Assembly (NCBI GenBank): GCA_040758355.1
Contig: JBFLWF010000021.1
Location: forward strand, 1-45,886
Origin: Nitrospirota bacterium
Lineage (GTDB): Bacteria; Nitrospirota; Thermodesulfovibrionia; Thermodesulfovibrionales; Dissulfurispiraceae
Direction of reading: 5' to 3'
Length of the DNA: 45,886 nucleotides
Part shown: one piece after another, positions 44,935 to 45,886 of the stretch
Position numbering within the stretch: position 1 is the first letter of the stretch
How the letters are laid out: each line of letters begins with the position of its first letter
The notes under the pieces: model-generated
Told to the model about the DNA's origin: nothing
The model's input: the letters and a program-made list of their open reading frames with translations, nothing else
Databases searched by the model: none
Translations under genes and position numbers: made by a program

Positions 44935-45158
44935 TTTATATTTGTAAGAGCCAGAACTTGACCTATCAGTCATTGTCCAAGACTTGAAAACTTCTTCCTG
45001 AAACACATACCTAAACAGTCTTGGACAAATTTCCATTATATATGAACTTCGCTTTTAGTCCTTATTACCGCAAAATACGAAATGCCGCAAAAAGCACCCT
45101 TTGAAATTATTGAAATTTGATTTCTCTTTTTCCCCAATTGTGCTATATTTTAATCATT

Positions 45159-45198
45159 AACCGGAGAAAACCGGAAGTTCGTATATTAAATGTTATAC
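45159..45198 (+). other. attI-like recombination site
   Basis: Direct repeats AACCGGA (45159, 45169), then CGTATAT-TAAAT-GTTATAC; no attC-type long hairpin upstream of this core site; extended -10 TGcTATATT at 45141-45149. Confidence 0.5.
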
Positions 45199-45699
45199 AA
45201 GGATAATAAAAGATGAGAGACATATTATTGATCGTACATTTTAGAATTAAAGAGATGCCTCTGCTGCTGAGATTCTTTTTTGCGTTTAGCATGTTGGCAG
45301 GGCTCCTTTCCGTGCTCGCCCTTGCTCCTATTACGACTTATAAAATCAATGATCAAAAAATAACTTATCAGGAGTGGTGGGCTGGTGGGCATGGTGTTAC
45401 AATGATAATTATAGGTCTGTTGTTTTCTATTTCAGGAATTGGGATATTTAAAAAGACAAAATGGGCAAGGATAGCTTTCCTTTTCTCTCTATCTATTCCT
45501 GTCTTCCTTACCCCTGTACGCCCTTCAATAGACTATATATTGGCACTGATGGTCTGGATTGCAATTTTTGGATGCTATCTATTTTTGAAGAAGAGCGTGA
45601 AAAACTATTTTAGTACAGCAAAATCCAAAAGAGGATGAATTGGAGGTATAACAGCCTATTCACGGGATCGCGTTTTACGCTCCCCTGTGATTCGGGGCG
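45193..45699 (+). mobile_element. integron gene cassette 1
   Basis: Begins G/TTATAC (45192-45198), the exact reverse complement of its own downstream R'' GTATAAC (45646-45652); single ORF followed by attC. Confidence 0.82.
45213..45638 (+). CDS. hypothetical membrane protein (about 4 TM), cassette-borne
   Basis: 141-aa hydrophobic ORF, AAGGA RBS, starts 14 nt after the core site and stops 7 nt before attC. Confidence 0.8.
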   Translation: MRDILLIVHFRIKEMPLLLRFFFAFSMLAGLLSVLALAPITTYKINDQKITYQEWWAGGHGVTMIIIGLLFSISGIGIFKKTKWARIAFLFSLSIPVFLTPVRPSIDYILALMVWIAIFGCYLFLKKSVKNYFSTAKSKRG

Positions 45700-45705
45700 T
45701 TATGC
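45646..45705 (+). other. attC site (59-base element)
   Basis: GTATAAC-AGCCT-ATTCACGG-GATCGCGTTTTACGCTCCC-CTGTGAT-TCGGGGC-GTTATGC: 60 bp, AAC...GTT ends, L''/L' pairing with one bulged base, central hairpin. Confidence 0.82.
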
Positions 45706-45725
45706 TAAAATATAGATAGAAAACA

Positions 45726-45763
45726 ATGCCTATAATCAGCAGGTTCTTTGGAATAATTATTTA
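45726..45763 (+). pseudogene. 5' fragment of a DUF4160-like gene (cassette 2), interrupted by an IS
   Basis: ATG CCT ATA ATC AGC AGG TTC TTT GGA ATA ATT ATT TA| = MPIISRFFGIII(Y), the typical DUF4160 N-terminus, cut exactly at the IS end. Confidence 0.7.
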
Positions 45764-45886
45764 GGCTCTTCGTGTAATCGAGTGGGTCATTTTATATCTC
45801 CTTGAGCATACATGTAAGTATTTTCAGGCGCAGATACTCCTCGTCTCTGAGACCGTAAGCCCTTCTCTGTATAACACGAATTTTGT
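45764..45886 (-). mobile_element. ISL3-family insertion sequence, right end (partial)
   Basis: Terminal GGCTCTTCGTGTAATCGAGTGGG starting at 45764 after an AT-rich target (ATTATTTA); transposase 3' end inside. Confidence 0.85.
45792..45886 (-). CDS. ISL3-family transposase, C-terminal fragment (partial)
   Basis: Minus strand reads KIRVIQRRAYGLRDEEYLRLKILTCMLKEI*, matching the ISL3 C-terminal K-I-x-x-I-x-R-x-x-Y-G motif; absent from the ORF track because it has no start within the window. Confidence 0.88.
   Translation of the reverse strand, partial: KIRVIQRRAYGLRDEEYLRLKILTCMLKEI

Noticed and set aside
44935..45158. Possible intI remnant upstream of the attI-like site
   Set aside because: The minus-strand reading I checked (MEICPRLFRYVFQEEV...) shows no tyrosine-recombinase similarity; a translated search would be needed to exclude a decayed fragment.
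1..45886. CRISPR array, tRNA genes, prophage genes
   Set aside because: No regularly spaced 25-40-nt repeats, cloverleaf with T-loop consensus, or phage hallmark proteins seen by eye.

Overview
Bacterial chromosomal window, about 43% GC by eye. Gene content and protein style suggest an anaerobic Nitrospirota/Thermodesulfovibrionia-like organism (inference only). It opens with the last ~89 nt of a 23S rRNA gene, with no 5S following, then an RpoD-type sigma factor. Housekeeping blocks follow: LysM protein, bioA and an RNase Z-like gene; galT-like, glgA, a GAF/PAS kinase, a receiver and rlmD; hemY-like, hemH and ubiX. A small accessory patch at 11.9-13.5 kb holds a 170-nt inverted-repeat element that folds preferentially on the minus strand, an orphan ORF, and a frameshifted REP-associated (Y1) transposase between 16-bp inverted REP-like repeats. 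A ~14.5-kb heavy-metal island (16.7-31.2 kb) carries ArsR, two DUF2946/CruR-like small proteins ending in xPP, a split MFS/spermidine-synthase pair, a P1B-ATPase with an SmtB/CadC-type operator, an OmpR/BaeS-like two-component system, ZraP/PepSY/SHOCT proteins and czcCBA. Next come PEP carboxykinase, an M50 protease, trpS, surE, an FAD oxidoreductase, pcm, a second ArsR, a complete rnfCDGEAB operon and an MltD-like transglycosylase. The window ends in an integrase-less integron-like locus: attI-like site, one complete gene cassette with a 60-bp attC, and a second cassette (DUF4160-like start) interrupted by an ISL3-family IS. Many genes appear to be leaderless, and heptamer tandem repeats sit inside three housekeeping genes.
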